The notes beneath the pieces were generated by a model. It did not search any database. It had not been told where the DNA came from and worked only from the letters and a program-made list of their open reading frames with translations. This document shows positions 9,012 to 19,565 of a stretch of DNA of 32,000 bases, piece after piece. The stretch is from the NCBI RefSeq assembly GCF_000155895.1, contig NZ_DS995298.1, positions 390,001-422,000 on the forward strand, read 5' to 3'. How positions within the stretch are numbered: position 1 is the first letter of the stretch; each line of letters starts with the position of its first letter. Position numbers and translations under genes: made by a program. Source of the stretch: Candidatus Pelagibacter sp. HTCC7211. Its GTDB lineage: Bacteria > Pseudomonadota > Alphaproteobacteria > Pelagibacterales > Pelagibacteraceae.

Positions 9012-9143
9012 GATTTTTTAGTCTTTTCTTTTTTTTGTTTTCTCTTTTCCTTAAGACTTAATTTTGGTTTTTTACTTACACTAGAGTCTTTGAATGATTT
9101 TCCACTATATCTTTTTGACATTTTATAATTATAGCATTCAATC

Positions 9144-9180
9144 AAAAAAAAAGGCCATCTAAAAAGATGGCCTTTAAAAT
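9144..9180. terminator. Rho-independent, potentially bidirectional terminator between groEL and the helicase gene
   Basis: An 11-bp perfect stem (aaaggccatct 9150-9160 pairing with agatggccttt 9165-9175) closes a 4-nt loop. On the minus strand the hairpin is followed by a T-tract (the complement of the 9-nt A-run at 9144-9152, whose last three bases can also pair at the base of the stem), and it lies 26 nt downstream of the groEL stop. On the plus strand it is followed by tttaaaattctttt, which is weaker. Confidence 0.75.
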
Positions 9181-9201
9181 TCTTTTCAGAAAAGAGTGGG
9201 A

Positions 9202-10881
<1,680 letters not shown>

Positions 10882-10886
10882 TTAAA

Positions 10887-11177
10887 TTATTTACCTGAAA
10901 TACCCATAATGTCAGACTCTTTCATTATGCTGTATTCTTTACCATCAATTTTGACTTCAGTTCCTGACCATTTGCCAAATAAAACTTTGTCACCAACTTT
11001 AACATCCATTGGAATTAATTTGCCATCTTCTGTTTTAGCCCCACCACCTACAGCAACTACTTTACCTTCTTGTGGTTTTTCTTGTGCTGTATCTGGGATA
11101 ATGATTCCACCAGCAGTTTTTTCACTGCTGTCTAAAACTTCGATTAATACTCTGTCATGTAACGGTTTAAACTTCAT
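10887..11177 (-). CDS. groES: Co-chaperonin GroES (Cpn10)
   Basis: The 96 aa protein reads [13 protein letters not shown]...[24 protein letters not shown], including the canonical mobile loop. It is directly upstream of groEL. Confidence 0.97.
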   Translation of the reverse strand: MKFKPLHDRVLIEVLDSSEKTAGGIIIPDTAQEKPQEGKVVAVGGGAKTEDGKLIPMDVKVGDKVLFGKWSGTEVKIDGKEYSIMKESDIMGISGK

Positions 11178-11203
11178 AAATTCTCCTTATTAAATATGAG
11201 CTT

Positions 11204-11232
11204 CATATAGATACTGACCAAGCTATTTCAAG
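11204..11232 (-). promoter_or_regulatory. Putative RpoH (sigma-32)-type heat-shock promoter for groES-groEL
   Basis: The minus strand reads CTTGAAA TAGCTTGGTCAGT ATCTATAT. This is an exact match to the sigma-32 -35 core CTTGAAA, then 13 nt, then an AT-shifted version of CCCCATNT (the C, A, T and final T are conserved). The -10-like element ends about 27 nt upstream of the groES ATG. Confidence 0.4.
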
Positions 11233-11299
11233 ATAATTTGAAAAATAAGTTACTAAAAATCCTAGGAAATTAAGGATTTTATGGTTTATACCTTAAAAT

Positions 11300-12118
11300 A
11301 TGACAAAAAATTTAGATAATGAGGGTTTACAGTCAATTGCTGAGAATTATGACCTATTCTATATTGATCTTTGGGGGGTGGTGCATAATGGAATTAAACT
11401 TCATGAAAAAGCAATCTTTGTTTTAAAAGAGTTATCAAAATTGAACAAAAAATTTATTCTATTAACAAACGCACCAAGACCCAACGAAGCTGTAAAAATT
11501 TTTTTAGAAAAAATGGGGATGGACAACGAATTAAGAGATCATGTTTTTACATCAGGCGAAGCATCTCTTAATTATTTAAAAAAATTTCACAATCATGATA
11601 CGTTTTTTCATATTGGACCACCAAGAGATTTTGATTTGTTTAAAGATTTTAAAAACAATCAATCAATAAATCTAAATGATAGTCAATATTTGTTATGCTC
11701 AGGGTTGTTTGATGAATATGATGAGGATTTAAAATATTATAAAGATTTATTAGAAAAACATATCAATAAAAAGATGGTTTGCACTAATCCAGATCTAATA
11801 GTTGATAGAGGAAATGAAAGAGAATTATGTGCAGGATCTGTTGCAATGGTATTTGAAAAAATGGGTGGAGAAGTTGTGTATTTTGGCAAACCTTATGCTG
11901 AGGTTTATAATCAATCTATAGATAATAAAAATAAAAAAATTCTATCAATTGGAGATAATTTGAACACAGACATAAAAGGTGCAAATCTTTTAAATTATGA
12001 TTCATTGTTAATATCTAATGGTGTTCATAGAAATGAGATAATGAATCAAGGTATAGAACAAATAGCAAAGGAATATGAGACGGTTGTTAACTATATTCAG
12101 TCAGATTTGAAATGGTAA
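11300..12118 (+). CDS. HAD-superfamily subfamily IIA hydrolase (TIGR01459-like)
   Basis: HAD motif I occurs in the distinctive form DLWGVVHNG, followed by LLTNAPR (motif II) and GDNLNTDIKGA (motif IV). The 272 aa length fits the family. It overlaps the ribF start by 7 nt. Confidence 0.7.
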   Translation: MTKNLDNEGLQSIAENYDLFYIDLWGVVHNGIKLHEKAIFVLKELSKLNKKFILLTNAPRPNEAVKIFLEKMGMDNELRDHVFTSGEASLNYLKKFHNHDTFFHIGPPRDFDLFKDFKNNQSINLNDSQYLLCSGLFDEYDEDLKYYKDLLEKHINKKMVCTNPDLIVDRGNERELCAGSVAMVFEKMGGEVVYFGKPYAEVYNQSIDNKNKKILSIGDNLNTDIKGANLLNYDSLLISNGVHRNEIMNQGIEQIAKEYETVVNYIQSDLKW

Positions 12119-13035
12119 AGCTATATAAAAATTTTAATATTAATAAAAATCATAAACAATCAATAATTTTAATTGGTAATTTTGATGGCGTACATTTAGG
12201 ACATCAAAAATTATTTAAATTAGCTCAATCATATAAAAAAAAATATAATTTAAAAATTGGTGTAATCAATTTTGATCCAATGCCAAAAATGTTTTTTAAT
12301 AGGTCTCTAACAAATTTTAGATTATCGAGCATTGATCAAAAATTAGTTTTATTAAATAATCAAGGTGTTGATTTTATAATCACAAAACAATTTGACAAAA
12401 TTTTTTCTAAAACAAAATCAATCAATTTTGTAAAAAATATTTTATCGCAAAAATTAAATGCAAGATTTATATTTGTGAGTAATAATTTTAGATTTGGAAA
12501 TAAAAGAGAAGGGGATGTAAATCTTTTAATTCAAAATGAGAAAAGATTTAATTTTAAAGTTGTTAAACCAAAGCCTCTTTTGTTAAAAAAAAAGATAGTT
12601 TCATCATCTTTAATAAGAAGTTATTTAGAAAGAGGTTTTTTAAAAGAGGCTAATAAGCTTTTAAACAGGAATTGGTCTATTGAAGGAATCGTTCAAAAAG
12701 GAAGACAAATTGGAAAAAAGATTGGTTTTCCGACATGCAACATAGATATTGGGGATTATGTTTTAGCTAAACCCGGAGTATATGCAGTAAAAGTTTTGAG
12801 AAAAAATAATACTAAATATATAAAAGGAATAGCAAATTTAGGTTATAGACCTACATTTAATCAAAAAAAAATATTATTAGAGGTCCATTTATTTAATTTT
12901 TCTGGCAATCTATATAATAAGTATTTATCAGTTGAATTTTTAAAATTTATTAGAAAAGAGAAGAAATTTAAAAATGTCAATCAGTTAAAAAATCAAATCA
13001 AAAATGATTTAAGCATTGCAAAAAAAACAAAATGA
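12112..13035 (+). CDS. ribF: Bifunctional riboflavin kinase / FMN adenylyltransferase
   Basis: The N-terminal nucleotidyltransferase motif is GNFDGVHLGHQKL. The C-terminal riboflavin kinase motifs are GFPTCNI and LEVHLFNFSGNLYNKYLSVEFLKFIRKEKKF. It occupies the conserved ribF-ileS-lspA context. Confidence 0.9.
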   Translation: MVKLYKNFNINKNHKQSIILIGNFDGVHLGHQKLFKLAQSYKKKYNLKIGVINFDPMPKMFFNRSLTNFRLSSIDQKLVLLNNQGVDFIITKQFDKIFSKTKSINFVKNILSQKLNARFIFVSNNFRFGNKREGDVNLLIQNEKRFNFKVVKPKPLLLKKKIVSSSLIRSYLERGFLKEANKLLNRNWSIEGIVQKGRQIGKKIGFPTCNIDIGDYVLAKPGVYAVKVLRKNNTKYIKGIANLGYRPTFNQKKILLEVHLFNFSGNLYNKYLSVEFLKFIRKEKKFKNVNQLKNQIKNDLSIAKKTK

Positions 13036-15764
13036 GCAAATCACAAATAAATCTTCCTAAAACTGCTTTTTCCATGAAGGCAAATCTACCAGTTAGAGAA
13101 CCTGAAATTTTAGAATATTGGAATAAGATTAATCTATATGATGAATTAAGAAACTCTAGCAAAGGAAAAGAAAAATTTGTTCTTCACGATGGCCCTCCTT
13201 ATGCAAATGGTAATATTCATATGGGTACGGCTTTAAATAAAATTTTGAAAGATATAATAGTAAAATTTCATCAAATGGATGGCAAGGACTCTATATATGT
13301 CCCAGGGTGGGATTGTCATGGTTTACCAATTGAATGGAAAATAGAGGAACAATATAAAAAAAATAAAAAAAATAAGAATGAAGTACCAATCGTTGAATTT
13401 AGAAAAGAATGCAGATCATTTGCAGAAAAATGGATTGAAGTTCATAAAAGTCAATTTAAACGATTAGGTGTTATTGGCGACTGGGAAAATTATTACTCTA
13501 CAATGAGTTTTGATGCTGAGGCACAAATTGTAAGAGAATTAGGAAAATTTCTTAAAGAAGGAAGTTTATATAGAGGGTTCAAACCGGTTTTATGGTCAAC
13601 AGTTGAAAAGACTGCACTTGCAGATGCGGAAGTAGAGTATCAAGATCATAAATCTGATACTATTTATACATCTTTTCCAGTTAAATCCTCTAATATAAAA
13701 GAGCTCGAAGGAAGTGAAGTTGTTATTTGGACAACAACTCCTTGGACAATACCAGCAAACAAAGCTTTAGCTTATAACCAGTCTCTTGATTATGTATTAA
13801 TTCAATTGAATGATGAGGGTGATTTTCAAAATCGAAAAATAGTTATAGCTGAAGCTTTATTAGAGTCAGTTATAAAAGACTGCTCAATAGAAAATTATCA
13901 AGAGATTAAAAAGTTTAAAGGTAAAGATTTGAAAGATACAATCTGCAAACATCCTTTCTTTAATCTAGGTTATGAATATGATATACCAATGTTGGAAGCA
14001 AGATTTGTAACAACAGAACAAGGAACAGGTATTGTTCATTGTGCACCAAGTCATGGACCAGATGATTTTAATTTGTGTTTAAATAATGGAATTAAAGCTA
14101 TTGAAACAGTTGATGGTGATGGAAAATATACTAGCAATGTACAATTATTTGAAGGTAACCACATTTTTAAAGCGAACCCAATTGTTATTGAAAAACTTAA
14201 AGAACAAAAAAAATTATTATCAAATGGTGAACTAATTCATTCTTATCCTCATTCTTGGAGATCTAAAGCACCACTAGTTCATAGAGCAACACCTCAGTGG
14301 TTTATCTCAATGGAAAGTCATAAGTTGAGAGAAATAGCACTTAAAGCTCTTGATGAAACAACTTTTTATCCTAGCAAGGGAAAAGAAAGATTAAGATCAA
14401 TGATCGAAACCAGACCAGACTGGTGTGTTTCTAGACAAAGAGTTTGGGGCGTTCCTCTTCCAATTTTTGTAAATAAAAAAACAAAAGAAATTCTGGTAGA
14501 CGATGAAGTAAATGAAACGATAGCAAATATATACGAAATAGAAGGTTCAGATTGTTGGTTTTCTGATGATCCGCAAAGATTTTTAGGTAAAAAATATAAG
14601 TCAGAGGATTACGAAAAGTTAAGTGATATTGTTGAAGTGTGGTTCGATAGTGGTTCCACTCATTCATTTGTTCTGGAAAAAAGAGAAGATTTAAAATGGC
14701 CAGCATCAATGTATCTAGAAGGCTCAGATCAACATAGAGGATGGTTTCATTCATCACTACTCGAATCGTGTGGGACAAGAGGAAGAGCCCCATTTGAGTC
14801 AATTTTATCTCATGGTTTTGTTGTTGATGGAAAAGGTTTAAAAATGTCAAAATCGCTTGGGAATGTGATTGCTCCAGAAGATATTTTAAAAAAATATGGA
14901 GCTGATATTTTAAGAATTTGGGTGGCATCTTCTAACTACGCTGAAGATTTAAGAATTGATCACTCTATTTTAGATCAGCACGCTGAGTCTTATAGAAAAA
15001 TCAGAAATACATTTAGATACTTACTAGGTAATCTAAATGATAATTTTGAAAAAATTGATCTACAAAAAATAAATTTATCTGAATTACCAGAACTTGAGAA
15101 ATTCATGCTTCATAAAATCTATGTGTTAAACTCAAATTTTAAAAACTACTTTAAAAATTATGATTTTCATAATTTATATAAAGAGTTGTTAAATTTTTGT
15201 ACTGTGGATTTATCAGCCTTTTATTTTGATATTAGAAAAGATACTTTGTACTGTGATCCAATAGACTCAAAAAAAAGACAATCAACAATTATTTTGTTAA
15301 ACGTGATTTTAAATTCATTATTAAGATGGTTTGCTCCAATTCTCTCTTTTACAACAGAAGAGATCTATAAATTAATTTACAACAATAATAATAGCATTCA
15401 TTTAGAATCTTTTTTAAATTATCCAGAAAAATTTAAGAATGACCAGCTTAATCAAAAATGGATAGATCTTATTAAGATAAGAAATATATGTAATATTAGT
15501 ATTGAAGAAAAAAGAGCATCTAAAGAAATTGGATCAAGTTTAGAGGCTAAACTAAAAATTAATTTGGATAAAAAATTATCTAAGATTACTGAAAATATTG
15601 ATTTTTCAGAACTATGTATTACATCAAGTTCTGAGGTAATTTTTAATAAAAATATTGAAATAAGTGCTGAAACAACCAAAGCAAAAGGAACCAAATGTCC
15701 AGTATGTTGGAAAATTACTGAGGAAGCTTGTTCAAGAAAAACTTGCCCAAAACATTTTGAATGA
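13032..15764 (+). CDS. ileS: Isoleucyl-tRNA synthetase (bacterial type 1, with a C-terminal zinc-binding motif)
   Basis: The 910 aa protein has a HIGH-type motif ([16 protein letters not shown]), KMSKS (LKMSKSLGN), [10 protein letters not shown], and a C-terminal CPVCWK...CSRKTCPKH. It shares ATGA overlaps with both ribF and lspA. Confidence 0.97.
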   Translation: MSKSQINLPKTAFSMKANLPVREPEILEYWNKINLYDELRNSSKGKEKFVLHDGPPYANGNIHMGTALNKILKDIIVKFHQMDGKDSIYVPGWDCHGLPIEWKIEEQYKKNKKNKNEVPIVEFRKECRSFAEKWIEVHKSQFKRLGVIGDWENYYSTMSFDAEAQIVRELGKFLKEGSLYRGFKPVLWSTVEKTALADAEVEYQDHKSDTIYTSFPVKSSNIKELEGSEVVIWTTTPWTIPANKALAYNQSLDYVLIQLNDEGDFQNRKIVIAEALLESVIKDCSIENYQEIKKFKGKDLKDTICKHPFFNLGYEYDIPMLEARFVTTEQGTGIVHCAPSHGPDDFNLCLNNGIKAIETVDGDGKYTSNVQLFEGNHIFKANPIVIEKLKEQKKLLSNGELIHSYPHSWRSKAPLVHRATPQWFISMESHKLREIALKALDETTFYPSKGKERLRSMIETRPDWCVSRQRVWGVPLPIFVNKKTKEILVDDEVNETIANIYEIEGSDCWFSDDPQRFLGKKYKSEDYEKLSDIVEVWFDSGSTHSFVLEKREDLKWPASMYLEGSDQHRGWFHSSLLESCGTRGRAPFESILSHGFVVDGKGLKMSKSLGNVIAPEDILKKYGADILRIWVASSNYAEDLRIDHSILDQHAESYRKIRNTFRYLLGNLNDNFEKIDLQKINLSELPELEKFMLHKIYVLNSNFKNYFKNYDFHNLYKELLNFCTVDLSAFYFDIRKDTLYCDPIDSKKRQSTIILLNVILNSLLRWFAPILSFTTEEIYKLIYNNNNSIHLESFLNYPEKFKNDQLNQKWIDLIKIRNICNISIEEKRASKEIGSSLEAKLKINLDKKLSKITENIDFSELCITSSSEVIFNKNIEISAETTKAKGTKCPVCWKITEEACSRKTCPKHFE

Positions 15765-16255
15765 TTGTTAAAAATCTAACAAAAAATTTCTACATAAATC
15801 TATCCATTATATTTTTAATTTTTATAATTGATAGAATTTCAAAAATTTATGTAATTAACTTTAATGTTAAAAATTCATCTACAGAATTATATACATCAAA
15901 GTTTCTAAACATAAATTTGATATGGAACGAAGGAATTGCTTTTGGGCTTTTCTCTTTTAGTCAAAACAACTTATATAATTTATTAACTGCAATTATTTTA
16001 ATAATAATTTTAGTTATTTTAAAAATGATCATTGATAGCAAAGGAGTTAAAAAGTACGGATTATTAATGATTTTTGGTGGCGCATTGGGAAATTTATTTG
16101 ACCGTTTATTTTATAAAGCAGTCCCAGATTTTATTGATTTTCACGTGGAAGAATTTCATTGGTTCGTCTTTAATGTAGCCGATATATTCATTACTATAGG
16201 TGTAATTATTATGATATTATTTGAGTTAATTTTAAATAATCAAAAAAATGATTAA
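15761..16255 (+). CDS. lspA: Lipoprotein signal peptidase (signal peptidase II)
   Basis: The 164 aa protein has four hydrophobic segments and the conserved motifs NEGIAFG and [11 protein letters not shown]. It lies downstream of ileS. Confidence 0.9.
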   Translation: MIVKNLTKNFYINLSIIFLIFIIDRISKIYVINFNVKNSSTELYTSKFLNINLIWNEGIAFGLFSFSQNNLYNLLTAIILIIILVILKMIIDSKGVKKYGLLMIFGGALGNLFDRLFYKAVPDFIDFHVEEFHWFVFNVADIFITIGVIIMILFELILNNQKND

Positions 16256-16565
16256 CAAACTTAAAAAATTTATTTTGTTAAATTTTGTACTACTGCTAGC
16301 ATCTTGCAGCTCAATGCAAAGCGCTTTTGAGAATCAAAAAAAAAATAATACAGATGAGTTTTTAGTTGAAAAAAAATCACCATTAGTGATGCCTCCAGAT
16401 TTTGATGAGCTACCAATTCCAAAAGAAATAGAAAATAAGAAAAATATTAATGAGAATGAATTTAAAACATTGATAACTCAAGACAATCAAGAAATAAAAT
16501 CTAATGAAAAAGATATTAATAAAAATTTTGAAGAATTGCTATTAGATAAAATTAAGAAAAATTAA
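16248..16565 (+). CDS. Small lipoprotein, DUF3035-like
   Basis: A signal peptide carries a lipobox (LLLASC, with Cys at residue 19). The proline-rich segment [13 protein letters not shown] resembles the DUF3035 lipoproteins that follow lspA in alphaproteobacteria; this is from recollection and was not searched. Confidence 0.6.
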   Translation: MINKLKKFILLNFVLLLASCSSMQSAFENQKKNNTDEFLVEKKSPLVMPPDFDELPIPKEIENKKNINENEFKTLITQDNQEIKSNEKDINKNFEELLLDKIKKN

Positions 16566-17722
16566 TGATATCACCAAGAATATCTTTTAAAAATTTTAAA
16601 TCAAAAAAAGTAAAATCTTCATTAGTCAGAAAAAAACTCACTACTTTAATTAAAGAAAAAAATGAAATTTTAAAATCTTTATCAAAAGATTATAAAAATA
16701 ATTTTAATCATAAAAACCTAAAAAAATTTAAAAAGTCCTTAGATTTCAGAGTGATAGGAATGGGAGGATCTTCACTTGGAGCAAAAGCAATCTATGATTT
16801 TTTGAGACATAAAATAAAAAAAAATTTTTTTTTTATTGATAATTTAAAGGTAAACAATCTAGAACAAAAAAAGAAAAATCATAATAACATAATTATTTCT
16901 AAATCTGGCAATACAATTGAAACTATTGTTAATGTAAATTTATTAATAAAAAAAAAAGATCAAAATATTTTGATTACTGAAAATAAAAAGAATTATTTAA
17001 ATCTTTTAGCAAAGAAATTAAAAGCTGATATTATTCACCACAACGATTATATAGGTGGTAGATACTCGGTTTTGTCTGAAGTTGGTATGTTGCCAGCTGA
17101 ACTAATGGGTTTAAATATAAACAATTTTAAACAACTTAACTTTTTGATCAAAAATAAATCTTTTTTTAATAATTTAATTTCGAATGTAAGCTCAACATTA
17201 TATTTTATTCAGAATAAAAAATTTAACTCGATAATACTTAATTACGATGAAAAATCAGACAGTCTATTTAAATGGTATCAGCAATTAATTGCTGAAAGTT
17301 TAGGTAAGAAAAAAAGTGGAATATTACCTGTAATTTCTAGTATGCCTAAAGATAATCATAGTGTAACACAACTTTATTTGGATGGTTTTCGAAATAATTT
17401 TTTTACTTTTTTTTATGTTCATGAAGATCGATCTGAAAAATTAAATAATGAGCAAATTTTATCTTCTAAAAATTATTTAAAAAATAAAAGCATAGGTGAT
17501 ATAATTTTCTCCCAAAAAAAAGCTACAGAGAATGTTTTTAATAGACAAAACATACCTTTTAGAAGCTTTGAGATAAAAAAAAGGGATGAAAAAACTTTAG
17601 GAGAATTATTTTGTTTTTTTATTTTAGAGACAATTTTAATTGCAAAATCTCTTAATATAAATCCGTATGATCAACCTGCTGTAGAATTAATAAAACAAGA
17701 AACAAAAAAAATTTTAATTTAA
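16565..17722 (+). CDS. pgi: Glucose-6-phosphate isomerase (short form, 385 aa)
   Basis: The SIS-domain motif is GMGGSSLGAKAI. PGI signature 1 (YIGGRYSVLSEVGMLPA), the catalytic-Glu region (WYQQLIAESLGK) and PGI signature 2 (NINPYDQPAVELIK) are all present. Confidence 0.8.
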   Translation: MISPRISFKNFKSKKVKSSLVRKKLTTLIKEKNEILKSLSKDYKNNFNHKNLKKFKKSLDFRVIGMGGSSLGAKAIYDFLRHKIKKNFFFIDNLKVNNLEQKKKNHNNIIISKSGNTIETIVNVNLLIKKKDQNILITENKKNYLNLLAKKLKADIIHHNDYIGGRYSVLSEVGMLPAELMGLNINNFKQLNFLIKNKSFFNNLISNVSSTLYFIQNKKFNSIILNYDEKSDSLFKWYQQLIAESLGKKKSGILPVISSMPKDNHSVTQLYLDGFRNNFFTFFYVHEDRSEKLNNEQILSSKNYLKNKSIGDIIFSQKKATENVFNRQNIPFRSFEIKKRDEKTLGELFCFFILETILIAKSLNINPYDQPAVELIKQETKKILI

Positions 17723-18280
17723 CTTTGTTAAAAAAGTAATCTTAGAAATACCATATTTCTTTTGTTCAGCAATTTGGAATACTTTTGGAATTATTTCTTG
17801 TTCATTTTTATGTCTATGAATTATTACTATCCCATTTTCATCCAAAATTTTTTGATTATTAATCTCTATTAATAATTTATCTAAATTTTTAACTTTGTAA
17901 GGAGGATCCAAAAAAATAATGTCAAACTTACTTTCAAGTTTTGAAAATACATGATCTTGATATATATCATATTCTAAAATTGAAAATTTTTCATTTAGAT
18001 TTAGATTTTCCAAATTTTTTTTTAATATAGGCAAAACACCATTATAATTTTCTACAAAGATTACTTTTTTTACATTTCTAGATAAACATTCAATACCAAA
18101 AGAGCCGACACCAGAAAATAAATCTAAAATAAATGAGTTTTCCAAGTTTATTTTAAATTTTTTTGAATGAATTATAATATTAAATATCGATTCTTTTGTT
18201 AAATCTTTTAAAGGTCTTGTTTTAATGTCTTTTGGCTCTAAAATTTTTTTACCTTTAAAGGACCCTGAAATAATTCTCAT
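17714..18280 (-). CDS. rsmD: 16S rRNA (guanine966-N2)-methyltransferase RsmD
   Basis: The 188 aa protein has the SAM-binding motif LDLFSGVGSFGIE and the DPPY motif (IFLDPPY). Its N-terminus (MRIISGSFKGKKI) is typical of RsmD. Confidence 0.8.
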   Translation of the reverse strand: MRIISGSFKGKKILEPKDIKTRPLKDLTKESIFNIIIHSKKFKINLENSFILDLFSGVGSFGIECLSRNVKKVIFVENYNGVLPILKKNLENLNLNEKFSILEYDIYQDHVFSKLESKFDIIFLDPPYKVKNLDKLLIEINNQKILDENGIVIIHRHKNEQEIIPKVFQIAEQKKYGISKITFLTKLN

Positions 18281-19542
18281 TTATCAATTACTCTATAGCC
18301 AATATCTTTTCTATAAAACCCACCTTGCCAATTTAATTTGTCCAAATTAAATAATATCTTATTTTTTGCTTCGCTAAAGTTCTCAGAAGTAACCACAAAA
18401 TTTAAAACTCTACCCCCAACAGCATATAATTTTTTATTTTTTTTTAATGTGCCAGCATGAAATATATATTCATCTTCAGTTAACTTAAGATTTTCTAAAT
18501 TTTCTATTTCTTCATTTTTTTTAAATCCATCAGGATAACCTTTGGAGCATATTACAACACATAAACTTTTCTTTTTTGACCAATTGAGTTCAATTTTATC
18601 AAGTGTTTCATCACAACAAGCTAAAAAAATATCTACTAAATCAGTTTCAAGTTTAGGAAGAATTGTTTGACACTCTGGATCCCCCATACGTACATTATAT
18701 TCAATTAAATATGGCTCATCTTTAACAATCATAAGGCCTGCATACAAAAAACCCTTATAATTTGTGTTCATTTTAGATAAGCCTAATAGAGTCGGTTGAA
18801 TAATTTTATTTAAAATTTTTTCTTCTAACTCTTTTGTAATTAATCTTGATGGAGAATATGCCCCCATGCCTCCTGTATTTTTTCCTTTATCCCCTTCAAG
18901 TACTCTTTTGTGGTCTTGTGCGGTTTCAAAATTTTTTATAGTTTTTCCGTCACTAACTATAAAATAACTCATTTCTTCACCTTCAAGGAATTCCTCAATT
19001 AGGATGTTTTTAGCTACTCCAAATTTTCCATTGAATATCTCTTCAATTGCAACATTAGACTCATTTTCATTATTGCAAATATAAACACCTTTACCTGAGG
19101 CTAAATTATCAGCTTTAATTACGTTGGGATATTTAGAGTTTTCTAAAAATTTTTTTGCATCTAATTTGTTTTCAAGTACAGCAAATTTTGCTGTTGGAAT
19201 ATTATAGTCCTCACAAAGTTTCTTTGTAAAAATTTTTGACCCTTCAAGTTGAGAGGCAATTTTATTAGGACCAAAGACTTTAATATTAAATTTTTCTAAA
19301 TAATCAACTATACCATTTACCAATGGTTGTTCTGGCCCTATCACTACTAAGTCAATTTTGTTTTCATCTAGAAACTTATGTATAGCTTCAAAGTTATTAA
19401 TATCTAAATCTATATTGATGGCAATTTCCAAAGTTCCTGCATTTCCTGGAATGCAGTAAATATTTTCTTTTTTTGAAGATTTAGAAATTGATGCAGCTAT
19501 CGCATGTTCTCTGCCTCCACTTCCTAAAATTGCAATTTTCAT
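18277..19542 (-). CDS. purD: Phosphoribosylamine-glycine ligase
   Basis: The 421 aa protein starts MKIAILGSGGREHAIA. It has an ATP-grasp core (ADNLASGKGV, EEFLEGEEMSYF, LIEYNVRMGDPE) and the C-terminal YRKDIGYR. Confidence 0.95.
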   Translation of the reverse strand: MKIAILGSGGREHAIAASISKSSKKENIYCIPGNAGTLEIAINIDLDINNFEAIHKFLDENKIDLVVIGPEQPLVNGIVDYLEKFNIKVFGPNKIASQLEGSKIFTKKLCEDYNIPTAKFAVLENKLDAKKFLENSKYPNVIKADNLASGKGVYICNNENESNVAIEEIFNGKFGVAKNILIEEFLEGEEMSYFIVSDGKTIKNFETAQDHKRVLEGDKGKNTGGMGAYSPSRLITKELEEKILNKIIQPTLLGLSKMNTNYKGFLYAGLMIVKDEPYLIEYNVRMGDPECQTILPKLETDLVDIFLACCDETLDKIELNWSKKKSLCVVICSKGYPDGFKKNEEIENLENLKLTEDEYIFHAGTLKKNKKLYAVGGRVLNFVVTSENFSEAKNKILFNLDKLNWQGGFYRKDIGYRVIDK

Positions 19543-19565
19543 AATAATATTTATATATCTTATAA

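Noticed and set aside
8587-9021. A 144-aa ORF in an alternative plus-strand frame, entirely inside the helicase tail.
   Set aside because: The region is purine-rich (A/G) on the plus strand, so stop codons, which all start with T, are rare in every plus-strand frame. The product is a repeat shadow (QEMERKKVLALK appears twice) with no recognisable motif. The helicase frame carries the conserved context.
7224-9201. I scanned the two longest spacers (7224-7400 and 9012-9201) for tRNA, riboswitch or CRISPR-like structure.
   Set aside because: There is no cloverleaf-compatible sequence or T-loop (GTTCRA) motif, no spaced direct repeats, and no riboswitch core that I recognise. Only the terminator hairpin and weak 6-bp inverted repeats (agtctt / aagact) were seen.
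10909-11193. A 94-aa plus-strand ORF antisense to groES.
   Set aside because: It is fully contained within the strongly supported groES gene on the opposite strand and has no motifs.
11178-11299. I looked for a CIRCE (HrcA) operator upstream of groES.
   Set aside because: No GCACT or AGTGC core is present on either strand of the spacer, so no CIRCE element is called.
14431-14928. A 165-aa minus-strand ORF inside ileS.
   Set aside because: It is antisense to a highly conserved part of IleS, and its leucine/phenylalanine-rich product is typical of antisense frames in AT-rich DNA.
16816-16834. An A9T10 homopolymer junction as a possible phase-variation site.
   Set aside because: Long A/T runs are pervasive in this window, with many A7-A9 runs inside genes, and the frame is intact. 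There is nothing to suggest programmed slippage.
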